DNA of 64,000 bases from Podospora anserina (Eukaryota): positions 1,674,001 through 1,738,000 of the forward strand of contig CM030338.1 in the NCBI GenBank assembly GCA_017654855.1. The letters run 5' to 3'. Shown in pieces: positions 35,575-48,288 of the stretch. The notes under the pieces were generated by a model. The model saw nothing but the letters and a program-made list of their open reading frames with translations. It was not told the origin of the DNA and made no database searches. Within the stretch, counting starts at the first letter, position 1. Every line of letters starts with the position of its first letter. Made by a program: the position numbers and the translations under genes.

Positions 35575-36340
35575 ATGCAAAACTGGCGAACAGAATACAT
35601 CACCGGAATCAAGGATGCCGAGAAGCAACATCCCGTCAACCGGGAGCTAATCGCAGCATGTCAGTTTTATCCACCCACAAGACCGACAACACCACCAACC
35701 CCGCTATCACCACCTCCTCTCCCCTCCCCTCCCAACTAACCTCCCTCCTTCTCTCTCAGACTCCCAACTCTGCGACCGCCTCTCCACCCTCGAAGCCGAA
35801 AAAGCCCTCCTCCAATCTCAACTCCAACTCCAACTCCAACAACAACAACAACAACCCCCTCCTTCCTCCTCCCGCAAAACCACCACCACCACCCCCCCTC
35901 CAACCTCCTCCCCCTCTTCCGACGATACCAACGCAACCATTACCCGCCTCCGCCTCGACCTAACCGAAGCCCTCCGCTCCAAATCCCAATTCCAATCCCG
36001 CCTCGCAAAATCCGACGATGAGCTCGCCCGCCTCCGCGCAAAAACCACCTCCGATTCCAAAGCCCTCGCAGACCTGACCGCCCAAGCCCGGACACTATCC
36101 CGCAAACTCCGTGACCGAGAAGAAGAACTCCGCGCGAAAAATAAGCTCGTCGCCGACGTCCAAGATGAGCTCGCCGTGCTAAACATGCAGCTCGACCAGG
36201 TGGAAAAGCAGCGCGCAAAGAGAGAGGCCGAGTACAACCACCTCCTGAGCCGGTATATGGCGCGCGTGGAGCAGGAGACCGAGGCGATGAATCTGGAGCA
36301 TGACAAACCTTCTTCTTCATCAACAAAACAGAAGAGGTGA
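35575..36340 (+). CDS. ATG16: Autophagy protein Atg16 (coiled coil)
   Basis: caccATG at 35575. Exon 1 to 35659, intron 35660-35759 (GTCAGT..CTAAC..CAG), exon 2 to TGA at 36340: MQNWRTEYITGI...YSQLCDRLSTLEAEK...LRLDLTEALRSK...KLRDREEELRAKNKLVADVQDELAVLNMQL...YMARVEQETEAMN. Confidence 0.88.
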
Positions 36341-36703
36341 TTTTGCGCGGTGGCAAAGCAATGTTGGCATCAGCCATATTCACTGGTATACTTGTGAAAT
36401 GTATGGGGATATCTGAACAGAAAAGGTACGTATGCTATACATGCGGTTTCAGTCGCTCGCGCTATTTCTTCCCTTCTTTTCCGCTTCCTCTCTTTCTCCT
36501 CCCTTTTTATACATGAAAAACAATCCTGACAAGCCATACTCGTGCAAAGTATTCAACGCTTTCAACCTAAACCCAACAAACAGACCATATAACCATCCTC
36601 CATTTCCATCCTAGCACCGCGCTTTTTAGAAACGCTCAACGTTTTCAAAAAACAAAAACGCTCCTTGTCCTAACAGAAACAAAAGAAAAAAGAGACAGGA
36701 AAA

Positions 36704-38337
36704 TTACTTCCTCGTCGAAATACAATACGTCCCCGCCGCCCCCGTCCAGCTGACGTACTCCTCCGGGTACGTCAAATGCTCCACATCCAAGATCGACGAA
36801 GCGACATCGTTCTCAGCCAGCTTGTTGTCGTGCACAAACGTCTTGAGCGACACAATCTTGCATCCAATCTTGAGGTCGAGAAACATGTTGACGAGGTTGT
36901 CGTTGAGCTGCGAGGTGAAGGCCTGATTGTTCACCAGCACCACGTCGGCCCGCTTAAGGGACTCGAGGATCGGTTCGTTCTTACGGAAATCGCCCCTCTC
37001 GAGGTGGACCTTTCCGGGCGCTACCCCCCACAGCCGGCAGCGGGCGGCGAATTCCCTTTTCTGCGCGTCGGCGAGGTTGCAGGCGTTTTCCATCATTTCG
37101 CACCCCCAACTTTCGCAGCCTATTTCGAGGGCTGCTTGGAGCACGACGTTGCCAACGCCGGATCCCAAATCGACAAAAACCATGTCCGAGGTCAGTTGGG
37201 TGCGCTCGAAAATGTCCGAGATGAAGGGGTGGAGGAGCTCGCCGTAGACGTTGTCGGTGCCGTTTTCGTACTTGGCGAGGAGCTCGACTTTGGGGGCTAC
37301 GGTGCGGTCGTATACCTGGTCTAGGATGAAGGCGACGAGTTCCTGCGGGACTCCTCGCATGTTTTCTAGGTTCTTGGCGATCACACCTTTGCGCTGGAGG
37401 GCGAACAGACTTTCGCTATATTCTTTGAGCGCTTCTTTGAAACCCTTGCCGTCGTTTAGATTTTTGCAGCGTTCTAACCGGCGGTAGATGCCGGAGTTTT
37501 GGTCTAGAAACGGGCGGGCTTCCTCTTCGGAGAGGTAGATGGATGCGACGTGGCGGACAACGGTCAGGATGTCTTGAGCGCCTTCGATCTTGTCTTTACC
37601 TTTTACCAGTTCGTATCTGTGGAAGAGGTGGACTGTTAGCTTTTTTCAATGCGCGCATATAGACTTGCACCTTTGTCGAGAACAAAAGATGGCAGTTGTA
37701 GAAGGTAGACATTAATATAGAACAAGCGTACTTCTCCCTATGGTTCGAGCCCGGGTAGCGCAACCGGACGCCTACCTCATCTCTTGACAGTCCCATAACC
37801 GGTTGGCACTTTTCGCTGAGGCTGGCGACTTCGACGGCGTGAATTATTGGCAGCAACTCGCCTTCGGACTCCCTGTCGCCCTTCCACATCTTTGGGTGGC
37901 GGACCCGGCGGTTGGGGTCATGTCGTCGCAGCTGTTCGAGACGCTTGAGGCGCTTTCGTGGGTCGAGCTGGTCTTGCCAGTCGTCGTCGGAGGCCGAGTC
38001 AGAATCGGAGTCTGAGTCGAAGGACGGGGAGGCGGGGGAGTGGCTGGCTCGAGGTCGCTTTCGGCTGTTGCTGGATGTAGAGGAGGAAGGGGCTTTCAGG
38101 GCGGAGGATGGGTCGAGGTAGCGGGAGGAGCCAATTTGGGACTTGCGGGCGGAGGGCGGGAGGGGGGATGCGCGAGGTGTTGAGGTTGTGGAGGGGGATG
38201 CGCGCACCGAGGAGGGGATTCGGGAGGTGGAGGGGGGCGGAGGTAGGTTTTGGCTTGGGTTTTTCGGGGAGGGTCTTCTTTACGGCGCGGACTTCGGTTT
38301 TTACTTTGAATTTTGATTTTTGGTTGAAGATACTCAT
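36704..38337 (-). CDS. DOT1: Histone H3K79 methyltransferase Dot1, with an apparent frameshift near the 5' end
   Basis: Catalytic motifs: [51 protein letters not shown]. Intron 37731-37617. The presumed start [11 protein letters not shown] (38337) is in a different frame from the downstream body. Confidence 0.9.
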
Positions 38338-40655
38338 CTTCGGGGTGGGACACGCTGGTGAGGCTTCGGGGGCGGGGGGGGGGGTTTGTTGGTAAAGTGG
38401 AGAAGCAGGGGGTATATGAGGGCGGTTTTGACCAAGAGTAGGGGGAGGAGGGTTGGGCGTAGAGTGGTGGTTGGAGGGGATCGCAGGTGAAGCTGTATGG
38501 AATGGGATCTGGGAACGGAACGGGAGCGACGACGCGTGGCGCTGGCGCGATGGGAATATCGCTGTCGCAAGTATGAAAGACCGCTGTGAAGACGTCTTAG
38601 GTAGTTGGGCTATATGAAGAGTGTCCGCCAAGGGTATAGTCGTCTTGTGGTACCGTATAGTCAGGAGAGGGGTCGTTGCTGGACGTGGGTTGCGCTGGTG
38701 GTGAGACACAGGTGTGGGAGGATTTCAGCTCGGTGAGGCGGCAGCGCTCATTTTCTCCCCGCTGAGCGTCAAGGCAAGGCGGCTTTGGCAGCTGCCGGCT
38801 CGCAGAAAGGCCGCGCTAGCGACCCTGCACTGTGGTGCCATTTCTCGAAGTCATGTGACTCGACTTGGCGGGACAGATGCGAGTGGGGCAGGCGATAACG
38901 AGATAAGATGATATCGTCCGATAAGGAGCACCGATACGGATACAACCTCTCAGATTCCTGTGTAAGTGGACGGTTGGCCTCCTTGTATTATCTCAGAGTA
39001 CAGCACTGCAGTTTTGAGGCATGCTGATTGTACAAAGTCTCACACACGAGCCACACGAGCCTGCTATGGTCTCAGTGTGAGGACCCTGTGTATCACCACG
39101 GAGCTTACGACGGACTCTCATGGAGATGACCATCTGTCTGCTTCTCAGACCACCACACTGGAGGCCCCTTGGTACTCTGAAAGAGTGAGATAGAGCATCT
39201 CAACGGCCCTCGAAGCAATTGAAACTGAATAGACGTGACACGAATCACATGCTCACGTGTAAAAAAGATTGTTCTGGTCCGTTCTACTGTATCCAGCTGG
39301 TTGGGATCACTGATCTACCGGTCTGTGAAGATTTATCCGATCGAAATTGAGGGAATCCAACAAAGGACATTCGCTCGTGATTGGGAAGCTTGAAGTGCAT
39401 GCTCGGGGCAGGGGGTGAGGGGAGAAATCGTCTCGTCAGGCGACGAGAACAAGCGGCTGCCCACGCCTCTAGCTCTTGAAGCTCAGGCAAATTAGCTTGA
39501 AGGTGGAAATTCGTGGCCAGCAGAAACTGGGATCTTGTACAACAGCAAAAGGTGATGGTAGTGGCTGTCAACGCTGTCAAGAAATTGGTGCAATGCCAAG
39601 GCCCACATCTATGACGTCATGGATCGCAACGTCCTTCGTTTGCAGCCACAACGTCGCGAGACTGTTGCTTTGTGCTTCAAAGCCCAACCGTTACGTCAAT
39701 CTCCCCATTTCCGGGGTGTTTGTCCGCAGTGGATTCTGGAGCTGGTTTTACACACGTGTGTGTGGAGGAGGAGAGCTGTCATCAAAATCCCTGAATGCTC
39801 GCCATCTCCACCGAGGAATATTCACAAGATTAACAGTCGCATTGCAGATCTGAAGCAGTCACAATGGGTAGATGGCAGACATGTTCCACACCTCACACGG
39901 CGGTCGGCACGCGGGAAGCCGATTCGTTTTATGGGAACCGGCCGCCAAGATGGGTTCAGAATCGGCCAGGTGGTTCAGGGCCATCGAATCAGGGCGGTGG
40001 GATCTGGAGAGCTTTGTTTGGGATGACAACCGCCATGGCCCGAAGCTGGAGCTGTGACGCATGCATTGAATCGCGGGAAGAGCTCGAATCCATGCTGGGC
40101 CAGAACCCCTGCCGGTGATCTGCCAGCTTCATGGCAGTGTTTCTCACTCTCTCCTCTGTGAGCTGCATGCTCGTGGTGCCGTGTCGTGTAAGGGTTGCAG
40201 CTGCTGGCTATTTGCTCTATGCCCCATTGAGGGAAAGGACCAGTCAAACTGGGTGACTGGCTGTGGCTCGACGATTTAGGCAGGATCAAGGAAGCCGTCT
40301 GTATCTCTCTCCTTCCTTTTGGTATGACGCATTCAATCATTTCACAAGTGCTCCCCACGCTGCAACGTCACTTCTTGGTCCCTCCTGGTCTTGTCCTCTC
40401 TTTTCTTGCTTACTGGTATTAAACGGCCTCCCACCGTCACCCGTGATCATACACCGGTCATCCTCTAAAACCTCGTTACTTCCCAGACCTTGTCTGCATA
40501 TTCCACTTTACCTCGAGACACACGACTCGCAGCATTCGATACCCCGATACCCCGCCCACAGTTTAGTTGTCGTTTTTTTTTTTTTTTTGAGATACCCCCA
40601 GGACTCTACTAGTGATACCCTGTTTCCTATCAGCCAGCCCCCAGATCCAACCGTC

Positions 40656-43556
40656 ATGGCTACCAACGGCGCAGCGAAGGTCAACAGACCAACCAACACT
40701 AAGGAGAAGGAGGCCGATGTCAACCGCAAGCTTCAGTTCTACGGTATTGCCAGTGCCTTCCAGAATGGCAAGGTGCCATCGGTATGTTTGCTTCTCAGCA
40801 ACAATCTCTCGTTTGCCTCTGTCTCTAACAATGCCTCCAGAACGACCAAATCGATGTCGCCCTGAGCAGCTTCCTCGAGTCTAAGGCGCTCTCGAACCCC
40901 TCATCCAAGTTGTCTGGCGAAGGAAAGGCGCTCGTTGCTGATTTCAGAGAAGTGGTGAAGCAAGCAAAGAACCTCCTTCTGTCCAAGAACGAGGGCAACC
41001 TGCTTCAGGATTTCATCTGGCAAACACAGCAATTCGACCCCAAAACCGTCAATGTTCCTGGTGCTCCCGTTGACAAGGACACGGCGCAGCAACATGGTAA
41101 CCAGGCTCTTGAGGGTTTCCGCACTCTCGGAACCCTGATCATCACCAATGGCCAGTTCCGCAAGCTTCGTAAGTTGTCTTTCTTCTGGAAGGGACCAGTC
41201 ATCATGCTAACTCATGCCCAGTCAAGGACGCTACTATCCTTCTCCGCGATATGGCTGGTGACGCCGCCACCAATGCGGCTGCCCGCGTTAAGCCTTCACA
41301 TGAGGATCTTAACCAGATCGACACTCCGGCTGCGGACAACACCTGGCACGAGGCCCCCGATTTCAAGCAAGGCAAGGAGGAGATGAAGAACAAGTTGGGC
41401 AGCTACTACAAGGGTAATCCCAAGGAGGATGCGAAGGCTGTTGCTGCCGAGGGCACCTCCACTGCCCATCCCACTGGATCCTCTGACCCCAGAGATTTGG
41501 CTGGCACTGCGGCTCGCGAGCAGGCTCATGGCGGATCAACCGGCATCAATGCTGTCGGTGGTGCCCAGGCCGCCGCTAATGCCGCAAAGCGCCAGCTCGA
41601 TGCCAACCTTGACCAGGAGGCCAAGGACAAGGCCAAGGCGAAGAAGGACGAGTATCGTGCCCGTACTAAGGATTACTTCTCCAAGAAGATGCCCCAGGAG
41701 CGCCGCGAGCAGACCATCTGGCGTCTCAAGGTAAGTCCTGTTGAACACCATTTTTGTTTCTTCCGTTCTAACATTGTCTGCAGAAAATGGTTCTGGAGTG
41801 CCAGCAGCATCCCGATTATCACGCCGCCATCACCACCTTGTTGAACCTTGCTGAAATGTACGGTGATCATGCCAACCGGTTGGCCAAGGGCGGCACTGGT
41901 ACTGTCAAGGAGACCCGCACTGGTTTGGCCCAGGCCGAGGGCGACCTCAAGACTTTGATCGAGCGCTTTGCCAACGGCACTTCCACTGACGACCTTTGGG
42001 CCTCGATCAATGCCATCTATGAGGACGCCGACCGGGATCCTGAGCTCAAGGGCTGGTTCAGGTCCTTGAACGTCTACATCCGCCGCTGCCTCCAGGAGCA
42101 AGGCTACATTCTCGACGACGATTCCAACGTTCAGTGGAACGCCCTCTACGACCAGGGCAACTACCTTCTCCGCACCAAGTACCGCGTCCACACCGATCGC
42201 ATTGTCGATGAGATCAAGTTCTTGGGTGACCAGTTTGATCAGGACCCCCAGAACAAGGCTTTCGCCAACTCGTTGACCAAGCTCTTCACCGAGCTCGGCA
42301 ATGATGAAAATGGCAAGCCCACCTTCAAGCCCCATCTGGTCAAGGATCTTACCGATGTCATCCTCCCAGCCATGTTTGAGAAGATCGCATATATCCCTGT
42401 GCCACGCATAGAGTACTCTGACCATCAGATTGATGCGGTCATTGAGAACCTTGTTCTTGAGAGCGACAACTTCATGCCCAACATTCTCGAGATTGCTAGT
42501 GAGAACTACATGCGGTTTGGGCGCAAGAATTTGAGCAACAAGAGCAAGCACTCGATCGATATCAAGGTTGCCGGAGTCCAGATGGATTTGCGCGATGTCA
42601 GCTACTACATCAAGCGCAAGCAGGGCTTCCCCTCCCTCACCGACACGGGTGTGGCTAATATCCTGCTCGCCGGCGATGGGTTCAGCTTTCGTATGAAGAT
42701 GGCTACCCCCGACGAGCGGGATTCGCAGAACTTTTTCAAGATTGACAAGGTGGATGTTGATGTCAAGAACCTGCACATCAAGCTGTCCAAGTCTAACCAC
42801 AAGCTTCTGTTCGGCCTCTTCAAGCCCATCATGCTCAAGGTCCTCCGCCCTGGTCTGCAGAAGGCTTTGGAGAAGGCCATCAAGGACCAGGCGGTCAAGC
42901 TAGATAGAATTCTCTTTCAGATCAAGCAGGAGGCCGACCGTGCCATGGATCAGGCCCGTGAGGATCCCGAGAATGTTCCCAACATTTACAACCGCTACGT
43001 CACTGCGGCCCAGAAGCAGATTCTGCAGGGCAAGCAGAAGGCCGAAGCCGTTGCGGCTGACAAGAAGGTCAACTACGCCATCACCAAGGAGGACAGCATG
43101 TTCCCCAACATCCACCTTCCTGGCGGCATCAGCTCCAAGGCCACCGAGTACAAGGAGCTTGCCCGCAAGGGTGACAAGTGGGAGAGCCCTGTCTTTTCGA
43201 TTGGCAGCGCCTCCAAGAGCCGTGACATCCCTCCCGCCCCTACCGTCACTCGCAAGCCGCACACCACCTCGGCTGACACTGCTGCTGCCCATGGCGGTGC
43301 TTATGCCGGTAATGACGGTGCTTATGCTGGCAACGGCGGTGCCTATACTGGTAACGGCGGTGCCTATGGTGGTAACGGCAGTGCTCATGCTGGCAATGGT
43401 GGCGCCTACTCCAACGGCGGTGCCTACTCCAACGGCGGCGCCTATGCCCATGGTGGTGCTCTTAATGGCAGCGCTCTCAATGGTGGCGCCCTCAAGGACA
43501 AGACCCAGCTTCCCCCAGCCGCTACCACGACTGCTCCCGCTGGTTATGCCGTTTAA
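40656..43556 (+). CDS. DUF4449/DUF5923-type (BPI-like) protein; possible ortholog of Neurospora ham-13
   Basis: Exons 40656-40781, 40841-41168, 41222-41730 and 41784-43556. Motifs: KEADVNRKLQFYGI, GKVPSNDQID, GTLIITNGQFRKLL, YIPVPRIEYSD, ENLVLESDNFMPN. The ham-13 link rests on my recollection of synteny between dot-1 and mus-53 and needs verification. Confidence 0.85.
43290..43493 (+). repeat. Coding minisatellite (18-21 nt units) encoding about 10 (N/H)GGA(Y/L)-type repeats
   Basis: Translates as HGGAYAGNDGAYAGNGGAYTGNGGAYGGNGSAHAGNGGAYSNGGAYSNGGAYAHGGALNGSALNGGAL. Confidence 0.9.
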
Positions 43557-44336
43557 GGAGGTGATGTGATTGTTTTTGTTGTGGAAAGAAAAAGTGAGTG
43601 GGCTTTTGGGATTATGATACCAGAGTGCAACAGGTTTTTCGGAAAAGGGAGTCGAGTTTTTTTTATACCCAGTTACAGTAATAATGAGCAGTTTCGATGG
43701 GGAGGATTGGTTTGGTTTGTGGAGGAGACAGACTGCGTTAATAACGAAGGGCTGGCCCAAGGAAATGAGGAGGGCTGGAAAGGTTAGGTTGTATGTGTCT
43801 TAAGTAGTGTATCCCCTATGTGGTAGCTCTTTTTCTTTTGACGCGTGATGAATACCACGATGAGTTCTTTTTTACTTGATGTCGTTTGAGATGTGTATTG
43901 TGAAGTTGTGATCTGTTGGAAATGATGACGTCTGAGAGCTATGCCGTCGATGATACTTGGGGTTAGGGTTATAGGTGCGCTGCTGCCTGTTGCTAGCTCG
44001 GGGAGGACCCAGGCAACGACCGGGTCTCATAACAAAGGTGTATACATGATCAGGGGGGGCCTGTGAGGTTGAAATCGCGATTCTTTCATCAAACATCAGT
44101 GGATGATAAGAGCTTTGAAATTCCGATCTGGAGTTGTTTTTGACGTCTTTCAACATCCAAAGAAGTTCGCACTTGACTTTCAATTCCGAACTTGGAGTGG
44201 CTCAAGGGAGGGGGGTGAAGCTCGCGCCAGCCAACTAACACCGACCGCGCTTTTTCCCTTTCTGGTCAATCTTGCCCATCGACACTTTATTTTATCTTCA
44301 TCGACAAGAGAAACACTGGAAGAAAGTTTGCAAGAG

Positions 44337-47300
44337 ATGGCGTCGCAGAGAAGACGAGAACACCGGCAGGGTCCCGACGCGGAGGCTGTCGAGGAGGACG
44401 AGGCGCAGTATGGGAGGGGTGGGATGAGCTTGGAGGAAGTTGATCAGCAGTACGTTCGTTCCCCCTTCTAACACATCAACCATGTTTTTTTTTTTTTTTT
44501 TTTGCTAATGTGTTGAGAGAAGTTTCCCCCACCGCCCGAAAAACGCGCACAAGACGCTGCCGTTTGCGGAGCTGTACAAGTCGTTGTTTAACCCGCTTAT
44601 GGACTGCAAGCCCGGGTCGTCTGCTGCTGCTGGTGCAGCTGCTGCTGCTGTCCCGGGGAAAACAAGATTTGGAAAGGCGAAGAAGAAGACGGGCGGGGTG
44701 AACTACCACGAGCAGAGAAGGCACATCATCGAGCGGTTCATGAGCCAGTGGAGAAAGGAGGTGGGTGATGACTTCTACCCTGCCATGAGGCTGATCCTGC
44801 CTGACAAGGATCGGGACAGGGGGGTCTACGGGTTGAAGGAGAGCGGGATTGGGAAGATGCTGGTGAGGGTGATGAAGATTGGGAGGGATAGCGAGGATGG
44901 GTATTCTTTGCTTCATTGGAAGCTTCCGGGGGGTGGTGGGGGGAATCAGAGGTTTGGGGGAAAGGGGCAGCCAGGAACGGCGGGGGATTTTGCGGGACGG
45001 GTGCTGGAGGTTGTTGGGAAGAGGGCTATGAGGGGGACGCCGGGGGGGTGGACGATTGGGGAGGTTAATGTTTTGTTGGATCGGTTGGCTGGGGCTAGTG
45101 GGGAGGAGGAGCAGCTGCCGATTTTTGAGGAGATTTACAGGAATTGCTGTGCGGAGGAGGTGATGTGGCTGGTGAGGATTATACTGAAGGATATGAGGGT
45201 GGGCGCGACGGAGAGGACGTTTTTGGGGCTGTGGCATCCGGATGCGGAGGCGTTGTTTAGCGTTTCGAGTAGTTTGAGGAGGGTTTGCTGGGAGTTGTGG
45301 GATCCGGAGACGAGGTTGGAGCAGAAGGAAACCGGGGTGAGCTTGATGCAGTGTTTTCAGCCACAACTGGCGCAGTTTCAGATGACGACGGGGTTTGGGA
45401 AGCTGGTGCAGAATCTGGGGGTTACCGAGGAGGAGAAGGAGTTTTGGATTGAGGAGAAGCTGGATGGGGAGAGGATGCAGATGCATATGAAGGAGGATGA
45501 GACGGTGCCCGGGGGGTTTAGGTTTGCGTTTTGGTCCAGGAAGGCGAAGGATTACACGTATTTGTATGGGGAGGGGTTGGAGGATGATAACTCGGCGTTG
45601 ACGAGGCATTTGAAGAATGCGTTTCATGACGGGGTGAGGGAGTTGATTTTGGATGGAGAGATGATTACGTGGGATCCGGAAATCGACAAGATTGTGCCGT
45701 TTGGCACGCTCAAGACGGCGGCGCTGGATCAGCAGAAGAATCCGTTTCAGAACGGGCCTCGACCTCTGTATCGGGTCTTTGATATTCTTCTTCTGAACAA
45801 GAAGCCTCTGGCGGACTACACCCTCCGGGACCGCCACGCTGCCCTAGAGGCAGCTGTCAGGGGCGAGCATCGCCGTCTCGAGATTCACCCCTACGAATCA
45901 GCCACAACACCAGACGCCATCGAGCCCTTCCTCCGCAGAGTCGTCGCCGAAGCCTCGGAAGGTCTCATCCTCAAGAACCCGCGCTCTCGCTACCAGCTCA
46001 ACAGCCGCAACAACGACTGGATCAAGGTCAAACCCGAGTACATGTCCGAGTATGGCGAGTCCCTCGACTGCGTCATAATCGGCGGCTACTTCGGCTCCGG
46101 CCGTCGCGGAGGCATCCTCTCCAGCTTCCTCTGCGGCGTTCGCGTCAGCGAGAACCACGTCAGGTCCGGCGCTGCCCTCACCAGAGAGAAGTGTTTGAGC
46201 TTTTGCAAAGTAGGCGGCGGCCTCAAAGCAGAAGACTACGCCGAGATCAGACACCACACCGAGGGCAAATGGCAAGACTGGCAAGCGAGCAACCCGCCCA
46301 CGGACTACATCGAGCTCGCGGGAGGGAAAATGCAATACGAAAAACCAGATGTATGGATCCGACCTAGTGAGTCGGTTGTCATGTCCATCAAGGCAGCCTC
46401 CATCGGCCCCTCCGACCAGTTCGCCATGGGCTGGACTCTACGCTTCCCTCGGTTCCGTAAGCTGAGACTGGACAAATCGTGGGACGAGGGCATGGACGCG
46501 AGCGATTTTGTTCTTCTCAAAGACAAAGTCAAGGAAGAAGAGAAGGAGCGAAAGGCGATGGAGATGGAGAGCAGAAAGCGCAAGCCAGCAAAGAGGTTGA
46601 AGAAGGAGTTGGTCATCGCGGGGACGGATCCGAATGCTGCGCCGGTTGAGTTCGCCGAGGGGGGGGATAATATCAAGGCCGAACCGATGAGCCAGGTTGC
46701 GTTTCCCCCCCCTCAGGCTAGAAGGAAGTCTGACAACCAACTGTTCCAGGGACTGGACTTTTGTGTATTGTCCGAGGCAGTCAAACCCCGCAAGATGTCC
46801 AAGCCTGATCTGGAAAAGTTGATCAAGGAGCATGGAGGGAGGATTCATCAGCAAGTCGACAAGGGCGGGAACATGATCCTCCTCGCGGAGAAGAACGTCG
46901 TCCGAGTGGCGTCGCTGAAACGGGCCGGTGACGCGGATATTGTCAAGCCCAAATGGGTCTTTGACTGCCTTGCGCAGAATAATGGAGAGGGCTATCTCCT
47001 CCCGTTTGAGGAGGGGCACTTGTTTCATGCCACGGAGGAGATGGTGAAGTTGGCGGCGGAGAATACGGATCAGTATGGGGATTCGTATGTCAGGGATGTT
47101 ACCCCTGATGAGCTGAGGGATATCATTGACGACATGCGCACCAAAGGGGGTGTTAAAGAGGAGGAGGATGCGTTTCATGATGAGAGGACGGGGGAGTTTG
47201 ATGCTGAGCACTTTTTGGATCAGCTGGAGGAGCGAGGGAGGGGTTTGGAGGGGTTGAAGAGTTTCTTGTTTAGACGGTGTAGGGTTTACTTCCCTGTTGC

Positions 47301-47598
47301 GGCGAAGGAGGAGGAGGAGGAGGAGAAGAGTGGGCCCTCAAGTACGGAGTTGAAGGCGGTGAAGCTGCAGAATGAGGTCAAGTTTGGGAACGGGACTGTG
47401 GTGGGGGGTCTGGATGATAAGGAGATCACGCATGTGGTGGTGGTCGGGGATGGGGAGAAAGAGAGGAAGGAGTTGGCAGCGAGCGTGAGGTATGAGGTTA
47501 GTTCGAGGAGGCATGTGCCGAGGATTGTGACGGGGAGGTGGGTAGAGGATTGTGTCAAGGAGGGGACGTTGGTTGATGAAGAGGGATATGCCCCTTGA
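44337..47598 (+). CDS. LIG4: DNA ligase IV (NHEJ; mus-53/DNL4) with two BRCT domains
   Basis: Exon 1 is 44337-44449, intron 44450-44522 (GTACGT..GCTAAT..AAG), exon 2 to 47598. Motifs: EEKLDGERMQMH, ILDGEM, EGLILKNPRS, WIKVKPEY, LRFPRF, and BRCT-end motifs KPKWVFDC and GRWVEDC. Confidence 0.96.
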
Positions 47599-47936
47599 GA
47601 TGGGAGCTGATCCTCAATGAGTCTCGGTGGGGGCTTGTGTTTGTCATGGTGTTCTTGCAAAACTAGTATTAGACCTTTTAATCCAATGCTATTTCACAGC
47701 TTGATTTTTTCGTATAAGCTGAACAATGAGAAACCCAGACATAAGCCACATCATCCGCATCATATAGTATTAGCTCAGCCAGCAACACCCCCTTCCTTCA
47801 TCCTTCATGCTATATCCAAATGCCCAATTTGATCATCAAACATCACTCTGCCATAATCACTCGACCCGTCTCATTCTCAAGCTCGGAACAAGAGAAGCCT
47901 CTATCAAAACACGCGGCAGTAAATTACAGATACAGA

Positions 47937-47940
<4 letters not shown>

Positions 47941-47984
<44 letters not shown>
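47941..47984. repeat. (TG)22 microsatellite
   Basis: Read directly; lies between the convergent LIG4 and TOM22 genes. Confidence 0.98.
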
Positions 47985-47985
<1 letters not shown>

Positions 47986-48288
47986 TGGGGTTTTTGAAGT
48001 TTGAATAATGTACATGCAATCGGGTGAAGTATAAGGGGGGCTGGCCAGGGTGGTGGGAGTAATCATCTCAGCGGGAGTGTGTTGTTGAGAAAATTGTCAT
48101 CAAACCACGACAGCCTGTCCTTCTGTACTGCTGGATGACAGTCACAGACGGACATCTTGCGATGCCTGGCCAAATGTAGCCACCCCATATACCTCCCCCC
48201 TCACCTCCGACCTCCCCTCTTGCCCCGTCCCCCCTCTCCCATTTTTGATCGTCGTCATCTCTCATCCATCTCCCTCCCACCAAACCCC

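Noticed and set aside
39284..40358. Several 60-135 aa ORFs between DOT1 and the DUF4449 gene
   Set aside because: No recognisable family, no coherent exon structure, and no coding-like bias.
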